Below the pieces are notes generated by a model that was given only the letters and a program-made list of their open reading frames with translations, did no database searches and had not been told where the DNA came from. The translations under genes were made by a program, and so were the position numbers. A DNA stretch of 64,000 bases, from assembly GCF_006345805.1 (NCBI RefSeq), contig NC_043001.1, forward strand, positions 106,020,001-106,084,000, written 5' to 3'. Below are positions 26,306-41,010 of this stretch, piece by piece (position 1 is the first letter of the stretch; every line of letters begins with the position of its first letter). Source of the DNA: Octopus sinensis (Eukaryota).

Positions 26306-27185
26306 TATTAGCGGAATATTACTTTAGTTATGCACCACGAGTGTGTCAATAAGAGAGTTGAATAAATGCCTCACAAACATTATCATGCAACACAAATTGT
26401 CTGCTATTTATCGCTCTTATACTTCAAAAGTGATAGCTCTGGACCACACCAGACTATGTAGGTTGTATTTAGACAGCGTTTATAGTAGCGCATAGGGATA
26501 GCGAATGATACCAGATTGTTTATTTGACAATTCACCTCTGCATATTTTAAGATGCATTATCAGATGCAGTTTTTCGTAGGCAGTTGTATACAAATCGGTG
26601 CATGTGTTATGAAAATATAAGGCATGCTTTGTTTATGGCAAATTCAAGCGGAAAACGTCAGATTTAGCATAAAATACAGATAAATTCTAACATAGCGAGA
26701 GGGTTGTAACTTTATACTGTCATTATTGAATTAAAACAGATCAATATTTCTAATCACATTCGGTAGGAGTGTAACTAAATGACGTGAAGCCCTTCAACAT
26801 CACTTTGCTGTATGTGGAACTCCACGGCTCTTATAACTTTCTCATTTACTTGTGTATTCCTGCATCAATTTGGATGAATTCATAACAAAGTTTGTATGAT
26901 TGTATCACAATGATCTAAGAAATATATTAAAGATATTAATAAATGGTGGTGGGGGGGATTTGTAATCAGATTTTTAGAGAATGATAACTATTTGCTAACG
27001 CAGTTACTTAAATAGAATGTCCGTGATTTTAGCTTACTATTTTGCTATGTACAACATTTTTGACAAAACCAGTGAGTTGCTCAATGCTTTTTATAACAGT
27101 TTACATCTGTTGCTGTATTTTCTCCATTAATAATTTTACGCCCTCGCTTCCTTTCCTGATTTCCTGTTGCGTGTCATTCTACAAG

Positions 27186-27233
27186 AGATGGAATTGTCAT
27201 CGCGGCGAATGAGAGATTGTATCACTAAGAATG
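27186..27233 (+). other. Candidate 48-nt exon (MELSSRRMRDCITKN frame)
   Basis: Long pyrimidine tract upstream, ATG|GTAAGT donor; only one frame open to the donor. Confidence 0.25.
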
Positions 27234-28772
27234 GTAAGTTAAACACACACGTCGTGAAAATAGAATAATATTATATCTGCTTGCCGACGTAGGTACAGAA
27301 TACAATATATACATGGGGATATAATGATTTCTGACATTCGCGCATTTCGTGTGAATATATACTTGATCGAATCTATGCTAAAATTTCACTGATACGTATT
27401 TTATCGATCTGAGAAAACAGGAAAGATAAAGAAAAGTTCAATGAGATTTTAACGCAGAACGTAAAAAAGTGTATTTTAACATATGAAGTTATTTTGTTTG
27501 ACGCTTTCAACGCCTGCAGGTAATTAATAAAGAGGGAAAACGAGTGAAAGCGGAATTTAAATTTCTGTTTTGCATAATATTTCATCTTCTAATTTACATT
27601 GTGAAACAATAACTTGGAAGCATAGCAAATATTCCAGGCTTTTCAAATAGCTATTTTAATCTTTGCTTCCATGTCTCAGTATCCAAGAATTTAATTCGAG
27701 CTTCATAAAAATGACATCTGATTACCAATGCAGATTCAATAAGGATTTATTTTCAAGTCTAATTGTAAAATAATGTTATTTTATTCTGAAAATGACCGGA
27801 GGAATTACAAAGAAATGCCCGTTGCATGAAAAACAATTATTAAAGTGGGTGTTACCATAATTCTATTAGCGGGGTAATAAATTCTAATAAACACCAGGAA
27901 AGTGGACTTTAGTTTCAAAGACGGGAATTATTCAGTACTTTTCTCTCATAAGAATGTATTGTTATTTCTTTTAAATTCGCGGTATCGGCCCCCATTAATA
28001 TTTTATCAAGATTTATATTTTTGGAAATGATTGGGTGCATGATGATTGTGTGTGTGATGTTTGATTATTTATTTACATTCTTGTCATGGAAGCCTATACA
28101 TTTTTCGATCGCTAAACATTTCTTCCCGTATCATTAGCATAAGTTCTATAGAAATCATGTAATTCACTTTGAATATAAAATTCAAATTTAAGACAAGAAT
28201 ACTGAAGTATCACAGATAAAGATCCTCATTTCTCGTCGTTGATTATACAACCCCCACCAAGTTCCCACCGCCCACCCAATTAGGAAAATCCTCAAAGCAA
28301 AAGGTAAACTTAAAGTACTTTTAGTATGTCATAAGGGTCTTTTCGTAGTTTAGTGAAATGTAAACAGTTTTGATCACATATAATTCGCATCATTAGTAGT
28401 TAAAAAGATCAAAAGACTGGCATGCCCCCTATGGGATAATTAAATTAAGATTTTAAAAATAATTCCATTTCGCTATGGAATCGTGGACTCCGAAGCGCTT
28501 CATATAAAGCACTAAATGATAGTATGTAACTATTATTGGTAAAATCACTTTGGAATCGAAGAGTCGAAGGCTGTCCGTGGGATTCGAACACACATCTTTT
28601 GTAAATTTGACATCAACAACATTAGAAAATTATAACGCTAGCGTCATTGGCAATTACAGTAATAAATTACGAATTTACTACACCGCATTTGTTTGTCAAA
28701 CCGTCGATCTTTTTGGCAAAACCGTGACCAACACAGGTACAAAGACATACACATACATTAATAGAAGATATA

Positions 28773-29217
28773 TAAGCAGAAAATGGAGAACATTTTGATC
28801 AGCAAACAAACAAATTGACCAATATCAGTTAATTATTCTTTAATACAAAAACCTAACATTGCTTACGGCCGTTTCGACTACCAATATAAGTCGGTAACTC
28901 AAAGGAAAGGTCCGAAAACAATTTTCGTCATCTTTGTAGCACATACGATCTAGTACATGGAGCTTCATCAGAGTGAATAGAAATACAAAAAATATAAGAA
29001 GGGAAGACGAAGAAGGAAGAGAATGAAAGCTCCATGTACTAGATCGGATGTGCTATAAAGATGACGAACATTATTTTCGGAATTTTCTTGGAGGTACCAA
29101 ATGGTATTGGTAGCTGAAACGGACGTAAGCAACGTTAAGATTTTGTATTGAGAAATAATTAACCAATGTAGGTCAATTTGTTTGTTTGTTGATCAAGTTT
29201 TCTCCATTTTCTGCTTA
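28773..29217. repeat. Diverged inverted repeat with about 190-bp arms and a 61-bp spacer
   Basis: 28773-28965 aligns with the reverse complement of 29027-29217 (roughly 80% by eye). Confidence 0.85.
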
Positions 29218-29639
29218 TTTTAAACTTGATACCTGATAAACTCTCCTTTATTCTGATATTACATGTACCCTATAAGGATAGTGTGTTTGCATACCCATAC
29301 ACAAGATTAACATAGGTAATATATACCGTTAGTAAGAACGGGCATTCTTATCCCTTAGACGGTTATTCCAACCGCTAACTCTACTTATATATATATATAT
29401 ACATGACGGGCCTCTTTCAGTTTCCATCTGCCACGCAGATATATTCAGCCTTTCGAGGTCAATGAAACAAACATATTCGATGCATTAGGATTTATGAATT
29501 AAGATGTAACTCAATACTTTAGAGTTCCTTATTCACTTTTCCAAATTTGAATATCTTATTTAGGATATATAAACAAACATCTTAGCAGAAGGTTCTAAAA
29601 TATGAAAAGTAAGTATATATGTGACCACTGTTTTTCATA

Positions 29640-30545
29640 GTCACCCTCTCAGGTATGCCCTCAACTGCCTAGATAGCCACCCTTGATAGCTATGCAGACG
29701 ATACGAAAGTCTCGCAGAAAGTACAGATCCCCGGCAATGTTGCACATTTTCAGCAGGTGTAAGACTCAATTTACAGATGGGCTGAGGAAAATAATATGAA
29801 GTTTAATGCTGAAAAATTCCAAACCCTGCACTACCAACGTTCAAAACTGAATATGAAACTTACAGGGTACACCGGTCCACGAGGAATTATAATCCCAGAG
29901 CCTATATCATTGCGGAACCTGGGTAACGACATGGGTGATGATACCGCTATCCAAGTGCACATCACCAGGATTACGACAAAGTGCAGACGACTGGCTGGAT
30001 GGATCCTAAAAACATTCACCCAACAGTGTAAAATTAACAGCAGACCTTGAAGCAATCCAGAGAAGATTCACAAAGAAGATCGTCTCTTTGCAACAGCTCA
30101 GCTACTGGGAAAGGCTAGAATAGCTAAGACTCCCTAGAGCGAAGGCGGGAGAGGTATGCAGTAATATACAACTGGAAGATTCTGGAAGGAATTGTACCAA
30201 ATTTTGGCATTGAAAGCTACACCGATGTGAGAACAGGTCGACACTGCATAGTGCCAAACATCCCAGCAATGCCATCGCGCTTCAGGACCAGTTATTGAAA
30301 CAGCCCGGAATTCATGGGCCCACAGCTTTTTAATATTCTCCCAAAGAGCCTGAGGACTCTCCACAAAGTGTATGTTGGCGTTTTTAAATCAAGGCTGGAC
30401 CTGTCAAGAGGTGCAAATGAGGGTAGCTACATCAGCCTCCATTCTACACCAAGTGTATAATAAAATACATGTAATAAAAGATCTCATCAATAAAAGTGTA
30501 GCAAAACGGCGGTACTCCAGCATGGCCACAGCTGTGAACTGTAAC
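29640..30545 (+). mobile_element. Degenerate CR1-group LINE 3' fragment (RT C-terminus + 3' UTR)
   Basis: Broken frames give SYADDTKV, WAEENNMKFNAEKF, RRLAGWILKTF, LSYWERLE, GPQLFNILPKSLR; followed by (TA)n. Confidence 0.8.
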
Positions 30546-30557
30546 TACAATATATAT

Positions 30558-30610
<53 letters not shown>

Positions 30611-31312
30611 AAGAAAGAGGAGGAGGGCGAGATTCACAGAGAGACAGGTAGTCTGTCATAAAAACAGTCTTATCTTATTATATAATTTAATCGATAAAAG
30701 ACTAATTTTCACTAATTAGTGTTTCAGTTGTTTAAGAAAGAGATACGAAAACAGTTAAATTGAAATATCAACAATTGTACGTAACAATTTGTGTTTTAGA
30801 CATAGAAACTAAATAAATTATTTTCCGTAGCCCAAGGTGCAATAAGATGCTAGAAAAGATGATGTGTAGGAAAGTAAAGTTATTATTAAAATGGTAATTG
30901 GATAAGGCTCTCGTAAAAAAAAAAGAAAAAGTAAGAAAAATGTAAAATGAAGTGGTTTTTTTTTCTCTCTCTGATTTAGTGATCTCTGATTCAGTTGAGT
31001 ATATTTTTTATTTATTAAAATCGCTAGCGCGACGAGCAAGTAAACATCATGAAAACAAAATGTTCAGAAGCATTTCGTACATGTTTCCGATCACATTTCA
31101 AATCCCGGGGAGGTCGACTTTGCCTTTCATCCTTTCGAAGTCAATGAAATGAAGTACCAGTTGAGCACTACGATCGATCTAAACGCCTAGCCTCCCTCGT
31201 CCCAAAATATCAGGCTTTGTGCCTATCATAAGAAATGCTTTTATTTAAATGTCTGCCATTTAGTGTAACGGTTTTTCTCATGATATATATTTATATTTTA
31301 ATACATATTTAT

Positions 31313-31684
31313 GGAGGCGCAATGACCCAGTTGTTAGGGCAGCGGACTCGCTGTTTCGATTCCCAGGCCGGGCACTGTCAGTATTTATTGAGCGCAGACA
31401 CCTAAAAGGCTCCCGGCAGGCGGTGGTGGTGAACCTTGCTGCACTATTTCATCACAACTTTCTCTCAGTCTTTCTTCCTGTTTCTGTTGAACCTGTTGAA
31501 CCTGTATTTCAAATGGCCAGCCTTGTCTCACACTGTATGACGCTGAATCCCGCACACGAGAACTACATTAAGTATATGCATATCTAGGGAGTGCTCAGCC
31601 ACTTGCACGTTAATTTCACGAGCAGGCTGTTCCGTTGATCGGATCAACTGGAACCCTCGTCGTCGTAACCGAGGGAATGCCACA
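31313..31684 (+). mobile_element. SINE family C (ggaggcgcaatgacccag head)
   Basis: tRNA-like head with gtttcgattccc B-box; tail ggaaccctcgtcgtcgtaaccg. Confidence 0.8.
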
Positions 31685-31889
31685 AATACATATTTAAATA
31701 GTATATTTGTATATTTTGGTGTACGTAAGTACATAGGATTATTGTGAATCACATGATTCATTCACTAGGGACAGTCACTAGACGATATTTTCAAATTCTA
31801 AATGTTGATATAACACAAATACATTTTGCTACAAAAATTAAATTAAATTATAAATTAATTTTAGGTTATATAAAAACGACATCTTTTAG

Positions 31890-32400
31890 ATCCATCTCCA
31901 GCAGGAACACAAAATAGAAATTGAAAACTATGAAACTGAAAATAGGTTGGTAAAGAAAAGAATGCATGGTCAATTTCATAGGGATGTTGAAGATAAGACA
32001 GACAGAGAAAAAAGATGGCTAAGGATGACTAAAGGCTCTAGTCAGTGCTGCCTAAAAGCAAGCACTAAGAACAAATTACGTAAAATACAGAATAGACAGC
32101 ACATCAGAAAGTGATAAGTGCAGAATCTGTCGACCGAACGGTGAAGCCGTATGGCATATTACCAGCCAAGAAGGACTTTAAGAGACGCCATGACAATATA
32201 GCCAGGCTTGTCCATTGGATACTTTGCAACAAGTATGGACTTGACAGAGCCAAAAATTGGTATGACCACAAACCCGAAGGCATCGTCAAAAATGGAAATA
32301 CAAAGATCCTATGGGATTTTATGATTCAGTGCGACCATAATATATAGAATAGGAAGCCGAACATAGACTTAATTGAGAAAGAAAACAAACTATGCTCACT
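31890..32400 (+). mobile_element. R4/Dong-like RLE LINE fragment
   Basis: MHGQFHRD, KRRHDNIARLVHW.LC.KYGL, WYDHKPEG, KILWDF.IQCDH; ends at (AAT)n. Confidence 0.8.
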
Positions 32401-33191
32401 CAATAATAATAATAATATTTATTCCATTACCTGACGAATAAAGCAATTGTCTTCATACAGTTGCAACAAGAAAATCTCTACTTTCAATGTCTGGCTGCTT
32501 TTGTTGCAACATGATGAATAAGTAAATCAGTTACCAAAATATTGCAGAACTTTTGCGCCAACTCTCTACTCCCTCTTATTTTAGAATCTTTTGCGTAATG
32601 ATTCTCCTCTCTCACTGACTCTTACTCTTTCCCTCTCCATCCCTCCATCCACTTCTTTCCTTCTGTCTCACGCATTTTCTTGATCTCAGTCGTTAATTTG
32701 AGGACTTACTAAGATAAAAATTGTTAGAATTGCAAGGAAGCAAATAATGAATTGTTCAACGTTTGATTACCCCGTGTTTTTGATTCCGCGATCTGCGAGT
32801 GAATAAATGAATATGGTATTTTGATTAATAGAACAAAGACATTTTGTAGATAAAACAACTTTTGTTACAGCAGCGACATTTTATCATTCAATGTATGTCC
32901 GTTCATTAATTCCACACCAAATGTCCAGGTTTATAATGACAGGGAAGCAACTGTAATTACATTATTAAACTTATGACATCTTGGGTCTTAGGTGGAGTTT
33001 AATCAAATTCGCCGGTAAAATTTATCGCCAGACGAGAAGAAGAGAAATCTTGGTTCATACATATGTGTGTGTGCTTGTGTGTGTGTGTGTGTGTGTGGTG
33101 TGTGTGTGTGTGTGTGTGTGTGTCTGCTTGTGTGTGTGTGTATGTGTGTGATTGTATGTGTGTTGTGTGTGTGTGTGCTTATATTACATAC

Positions 33192-33232
<41 letters not shown>

Positions 33233-33244
33233 GTTTATATATAT

Positions 33245-33365
<121 letters not shown>

Positions 33366-33396
33366 TATATATATATATGGATAGATAGATTGATAC

Positions 33397-33430
<34 letters not shown>

Positions 33431-36358
33431 GCATATTTATATAAATACATATATATGTACGTACATGCACACAAACATATACAGACAGACACTCACGCTT
33501 GCATATACATGATGATAATGAAGAAGATGGTGATGATGATGACGACGACGACGACTACGACGACGACGACTACGACGACGACGACGATGATGATGATGAT
33601 GACGCGATCACTACTATAGGGGCGAATGTTACTCTCCCTTCCTCGTAGATCCATAGATCAACACTGACTCTTTCAGCGAATGCTTTCTTTCTGTTCTTTA
33701 GAAGAGCAGCGTCTGTGCCGACTGCAGACTTCCACACAAGACTTTCCAACTCGTTTGCAGCCATTACACTTCACTCCAAGATGTTCACGGCTGGGGTGAA
33801 CTTGCCTTGTTACGTTTTGTCTTTTTCCTTGCCCATCGTTCGTCCATTTCTTTCATTTTATTTTATTTCATTCCTTCATTTTTAGCCGAATGATCTTTGA
33901 TCCTCACCTGTCTGAACCTGCCCTGTTAATTATTTATTGCCCGGCCTATTTCCAAACTCCAGCGAGAATGATTGTTTTATAGAACCCACCAAAACTGTTC
34001 ATGCAGCTCAAATCTTTAATGAGTCTTTCAAAGAAAGAGAGTCATACCGATCATAAAGTTCGTAGATTTTCAGTCTTAAAAATGTTCTGAATTATTGACA
34101 AATTGTTTACGCATAAGAATTATAATAGCATATCTTTACACGGACAAACGAACACATACACTCATAAATCCATACGTAGATACACATACGCATTGGGCTA
34201 TCCATATACACGCCCTCTTGTAGATTGCCTAAACAATTCTGATAAAGAATTAAAATGAATAATAAAGACAAATGGCTTCATGCAGTGGAGCCTATCAGCA
34301 GTCGTAAACAATAAAACAATTGACGGTTTGTTTTGATAACGTCTATGTATGTTGTGATGCAGAAAGTGAAAGTAGAAAACTTGCGGTGGCAGCAGGAGAT
34401 TCAACAATATCCATAAACCGCTGCGTTAATTTAAAATCTACTAACAACCGTGAGTGTTCATCGTTGATAATATCAGTCAATACCAGTAGGCAGAGGTCCC
34501 TAGACGCTACTGGCAGTGATCGCAGGGATGGTAGATTAGGGCGCAGCATGTCGCTAGCTCTTGGTTGGGACCAGTGATGATGGATGTGAGCGGTGATGTT
34601 TGATTTAGCAGCTGTGTGAATCGGTAGCAATGGTAGTGGATGAGGCATTAACAGTCACGGTTCATTGCTGCTACTACTAATATTATTAGTAGCATCAATG
34701 AATTCAATGAAAATGTGTAGCTGATAGTAAAGCCATCGGCTTAACTCTGATCAAATAATGAACATCGAGTTAAGACTCTGGATAATCAAAATTTCTTTGA
34801 TTCGGAAATTTCCAATATATTTCTCTGTAGCCGATAAATCTTCACTGGTTTTTACCGCATTTCAGGGTGTTTGTGAGGGGGGAAAACGTGTGTTTTCATT
34901 CGTTACTTCAGCTGAACATGGAGCGACCAGATGTAGTGCTTGACCTATTTAGAACCTTGTAACTTGTAGACTACAGAGATATACAAACACTTTCCCGTGT
35001 CGGGTGCTGTTGACTTGTGTTCAATGGTATCGTCGAAAGTGGAGTCTCTTTGGTGAATGGCGTCTTCGCGGGAGCATTATTGCGTTGACTGGTTGAATAT
35101 CGAGGTCTTACCTGCGCACCGCCTTGAGAATAACAGGGTCAGTTCTCTCATTCTTTATCACAATATTTCAAGCAGAGTAAACCGCTCTTCTTTCATTACA
35201 CCTGAATCACAACAAAAGTGTTTGCAACAGCATGGACATTTTAAAGACTATCACAGAAACGCACAAACGATTCTTACTAACTCCTGTCCCTTAAACCATG
35301 ACTGAAGGATAATATTTGGAAAAATATTATCACATGACTGAGTGCTTCTCTATGTCAGGCTTTCGAAATCCCTTCACTTTTGCGGCGCTGCTACAACACT
35401 TAGCTACGCAACGTGTGCATAAGCAATTACGTCTGCTGACTGTTATTACATGTGATACCTTACAATAAACATTCATCACTGGGATTGGCCAATGATACCA
35501 CAGATGTGTTTAACAAGAAAAGGAACGGATAAAGTGGAAATTTGGGTGCTCAGGTAAAGTACCACAGCAAATTGAACACGCAAAAAAAAAATACATGCAA
35601 TGAAGAATCTACCGATACTATACAAACTAAACAAAAGTCATTTTGACAAGGAGTCGGGATGAGCTCTGCCCTCTCATCGAGATTTAAGGAAAGAAGAGTG
35701 TCAGAACTATCAATTTCTGTTCGAATTTCTAATGCAATAGGAAAATCATACAACAGTCTGCTATAATGAATTCAAAGCAGAAAATCCATCTCTAAGTATC
35801 TGGCAAACTTCTCTAGAATGGCTGAAACAGCGTACAGAAAAAATGTGAGAGGTTATAATAAATACTTACGTCTCATTTGTGATGTGTTTGCGTGTCATTC
35901 TTCTTTGTATGTTTGGATTCTTCATATTTATTTTATTTTGTCAAGCATTAATATAGCATTGATAATATGGGTTGTTGCTTCACTTGTCCAAAGCATGTTA
36001 TGTAGAAGTGATGAGTTCTGCTTATAAAGGAAATCATGTTTTCATGTTTGTTGATCTGCAAAAGAATTGTATATTTACAAAGTTTCAATTGTTATATGGA
36101 TAATAACATATTTCTACAGAAATATCAATGATGTATTAAAATATATATATATATATTTCCTTAAGTGTCGACCATTGAAATATCTTTTATTCCTGTATTA
36201 TTGCACGATCAGTTGATGAAGTAACAATGTTGATAGGCCAAAGTTACGATGATGAGATTACGTATGTGAGGACAACACAAAGGACATGGCGTTTGTGTGC
36301 ACAAATAATCGTTGTCAAATGTGGTTGCATATTCCCAATCTCATATCATATATACACA

Positions 36359-36444
<86 letters not shown>

Positions 36445-36537
36445 TCTGTCAGTCTATGTATGACATATATATATATATATATGAGTCTGTCAGTCTATGT
36501 ATGACACTGTCTCTCTCTGTATGTATGTATGTATATG

Positions 36538-36585
<48 letters not shown>

Positions 36586-37389
36586 TAAATACATATACAT
36601 ATATGTATAGTTATAGGTTTGCATGTATATATGTAGGAATATATGTGTTTGCATTTATGTTATATAATACATAAGAAATGAACATAATATCGACGTGTAA
36701 AATATACATTGGATTTATTCACATGGGTGTAAACACATGGATTGTTGCAACAGAATGTACAAAGAGCATAAAATAAACTGATAAAACATATAATATCCGG
36801 TTGTCTATTTCTGTAGAGTGTATTCGGAGACATAACCGGTTAAGTAGAATTATTTTTTGAAAAATGTGCTGCCAGATCCGTATGAAACATGGTAATAATT
36901 GGTATAAGCACGCTCACATACTGTGAAAAGCAATGATATGAATATAATAGTTGTGCCATATCTGCTCAGACAGGCGATGGGGTGTGAATGGAAGCGAAAA
37001 TCTGAGATAAAATAGAAATGGTTGAAATGAAATCCTGTGCAGCTTGACATATTTCGATTTTTTCCAAGAAAAACTTCGCATGAGAGAAATTTTATACAAG
37101 TATAAATAGGAAAACGGAGAGTAAATATATAATATTGTTAATGATAAATTTAAAAAATGTAAAATTAAATTTATTAAAAGGAAACGTATAAAATTTCTTC
37201 GAGATTTCACAATTGCACAATGGGTACGGATAAGACTCTACAGAACATTTTGCATTCAAGCAAGCAACACACAAGTTTCGTATTCACATATAAATGCTAT
37301 ACAGTCTGCCCCAACAAAAACGAAATGTGCAAAATTACTATAAGATACTGAAGAATCATATTTTATTAGGTGGTTATATATATATATAC

Positions 37390-37459
<70 letters not shown>

Positions 37460-38837
37460 TAAACGTATTCCAACGATCAAGATATATTCTAGACCATACA
37501 CTTATTTGTTATAATACAAATAATACCAATAATCACTCCTAATATGCGCACAATACTGAGAATTTAAAATATTGGATTTAGTCGATTATATTGACCCTAC
37601 TATATAGATTTTACTCGTACTATATACTATCCACCAGAAAAAAAAATGCTCCAAATGAAAATTATTAAAATCTGTAAAAATACCCGAAGCGATTTTGGTC
37701 AACGATTTAATGAATCTGTAAGGTCATTATCTAAATAACACTAATAATAATAATTAAGTGCAGTCGGTATAACCACAGAATTAAGTACATCGTATCTGAA
37801 TGCAAACTATAAACAGGCTGTATTCGCCCATGTTTGTGTCGGCAGGTGTGTGCGTTAGAAATTAATTAAAAGAGCCCAGATTCCCAAAGACCTGAGCCAA
37901 TCCAGAACTTCCTGGCTTTTTCTGAGAGTAGGAGTGTCAGCCTTGAACAGGTGTTAGTAACGTGTAGGTTTAAATTCTGAGTACCAGTAGTATACCTTTT
38001 CGGCTAAGTGTACAGGAACAATGATTTAGTCAACAACCTTGGCCAAGAATAAATTCCACGATATAATGATCGCGCATCCAACTTTACGAGGCTTTAATTT
38101 GTAAAGTGACTGAAGGGAAAGACATCTGGCACCAATTTCACTTCAGCTCAGCTTCTAAGTGGTCATTAATTATTTTAGGAAATTATATAATCTCAGATTT
38201 AATTAATTTTATTCCAATGTCAGCAATGACCCTTCCTTCATTATTTAAATAACTATTTTATATGGGGATTGTCATTGTAATTAATTTATATGAATCATAA
38301 TTGCAGCAAACTTAAGCTCAGAGTTTTGCATATGAGCTCTTTATTTCTATGCCTAAACAATCGTTTTTCTTTTTCTGTGTTAGATCAGAGTCACAATATT
38401 TTCCATATCAAATTCATTTTAACGGTGAACAATTTAGTACTGCCCCGCTGGCATTTTTTCACCAGCATTGTATGTATTTTATGATATAGTCATAATTAAT
38501 AAAAATGTCTTGAGATATTACATCATCTATTGTAGCTCCTACTTTACTATTAAGATTTCATGCAACTGGCGTCAATGGAGGTTTATTCCTCACTTATTCC
38601 AGAAAATATGCTTCAACGAATATAAGGCAACGGAAGGATACCTTGTCAAAATTGTTACGATTTCATTACGGTTTCCAAAGAACATGAGCCTTTAGAAGAT
38701 TATCAAGTGAAATATATTTTGGTTTGTGGACAGCGTATTCTAAACAGATCTTCCAGTTCATTTGTTTTGCACGTTCATTGGATTGGACAACGATTCTTTG
38801 TTAGGGAATATATTTTCCTATTTATTTCCTTTTTGTG

Positions 38838-39002
38838 GCGCAGGTGCGATTGTGCGTTAAGAAGGAAGCTTCCCAGTCACATGGTTCTGGGTTCAGTTCC
38901 GCGTCGTGGTACCTACACAGCTGTCTTCGACTATTGTCTTACGCTCGACTAATGTCTCGAGAAGAGATGCGGTAGACAGAAACTGAACGAAAACCGCCGT
39001 GT

Positions 39003-39069
<67 letters not shown>

Positions 39070-39292
39070 TGTGTGTGTGCATTTGTGTCTGCGTTTGTCC
39101 CCCACTACTGCCTGACAACCGGTTTGGGTGCGTTTACGAACCCGTAACTTAGCGCTTCGTCAAAAAGCTTCAGATAGAATAAGTACCAGCCTTTAAAATA
39201 TTAAGCACTGGGGTCGATTAGTTCGACTAAAATCCTTCAAGGAGCTGCCCTAATATGACCGCAGTCTAATGAGTGAAAAAGTAAAAGATAAA
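38838..39292 (+). mobile_element. SINE family B
   Basis: Same ordered motifs as 19228-19690. Confidence 0.78.
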
Positions 39293-40276
39293 ATTAGATT
39301 CCAATAATAGAGTGGAGAAGGATCGAACTCTTGCAGAGTCATCCTCTATTTATACGCACCGTGTCACCTAAATATGACGCTGAGCTTATTAACGCACATC
39401 ATTTCATCTTAGTTTGAAAGTAATGTTATTGTTCCTGGAGAAATTAAATTCTTTTTTTTTCTTAGCTCTCCGTATTTCCACACGTATGTACATAATTCTG
39501 TCTAAATATTTATAATTGATATTTAAATTTTATATGTTTTACTAATTAATGTGTTTATCATCTGAGATGATCATGTTTTGTGCTTCTCATCAGTTGAAAA
39601 GATCACGTAGATTTGAAACTGTTATACCATCAGAGAAAATGTGACAGACAGTATTTACACTTTAATTAATTTTACTGTACATTTTTTTCTCGTCAAAGTT
39701 TCGTATTTCACCAGCCGGCTTAATATGATTAAAGTGAAGTACATGATTGATATTATTTTATCCGTGATATATCAGTAAGCATTTCATAGATTTAATTGTT
39801 GCAGAGGAGAAATAATTAAAGTTGTAAAGAACTTCTAAAATAATTAAAATGTCTTGACATAATTAACAAAAACGTGTTAGCGTCGTATCTATTAGTACCA
39901 ACTTGTTTTTATCCTCCGTGACAATTCATGACATGTTATTCATCAAATAGCTCAAAAACTTTAAGAAGATTTACACAGAAGTAATATCATAAATCAAATT
40001 GTTAACAGGTAATTGTAAACTAAAACTTCAAACAACACCAAAACTGTTCTGAATATACATTTTCGGAATGTTTTTCTTTACTTGTAATTTCTTAAATTTT
40101 ATAGATTTTATCAACCGGTATCATCTTGTTATCTGCAAGCATTTTTAGATATATACAAATATTTGTACTTGTAGATAAGGAGAATAAAACAGAAACACAG
40201 CTGAAGCTTTTAGGAAGACAATATCAAATTATATTTCAAGAAGTTGAGAGACATATTTAAGAATTGTATATAAAAA

Positions 40277-40644
40277 TGTGGCACTCCGTCGGTTACGACG
40301 GCGAGGGTTCCGATTGATCCGATCTACGGAACAGCATGTTCGGGAAATTAACCTGCAAGTGGTTGACCACTCCACAGACACGTGCACATCTTAACGTAGT
40401 TCTCGGAGAGATTCAACGTATCACAGAGTGTGACGAGGCTGGCCCTTCGAAATACAGGTACAAGGGACACCGAGTGAGAGAAAGTTGTGGTCAAAGAGTA
40501 CAGCATAGTTCGCCACCACCACCACCCTGCCGGTGCCTCGTGTTTTCGCTCAATAAACACTCACAACGCCCAGTCTGGGAATCGAAACTGCGGTCCTACG
40601 ACCACGAGTCCGCTGCCTTAATAACTGGGCCTTTGTGCATCCAC
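40277..40644 (-). mobile_element. SINE family C (also about 50385-50620 +, 52930-53075 -)
   Basis: Reverse complement of family C head and tail. Confidence 0.78.
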
Positions 40645-40962
40645 GTACAAATGTAAATAAAAAAGATACAAGGCGATTTTCAATGTTTGATTCGTGCTGC
40701 AATAAAGAAGTAGGATATGATCTTTGCTATATGTAATGTTTTTCTCCGCGCTAAAGAATGACTTCCAGGAAATTCGAAATTTGTTGTGAGTCATAGATTT
40801 ATGCACAACCTTACAAATACACTGCACATATGTATGCAAAAATATATAAAGATGCTTATACATACATACATACATGCATGCATGCCTGCATACATACATG
40901 CATACATATAAATACATGTGTATGTTTGTGTCTGCTTATTTTTTTTCTACACTAGGCACAAG

Positions 40963-41008
<46 letters not shown>

Positions 41009-41010
<2 letters not shown>

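Noticed and set aside
31313-31380. tRNA-like sequences
   Set aside because: They are SINE heads continuing into SINE bodies; no full cloverleaf. No true tRNA, rRNA or snRNA gene was recognised.
36440-36505. Short tandem duplications (36440-36505; 41985-42245)
   Set aside because: Ordinary slippage duplications within microsatellite blocks.
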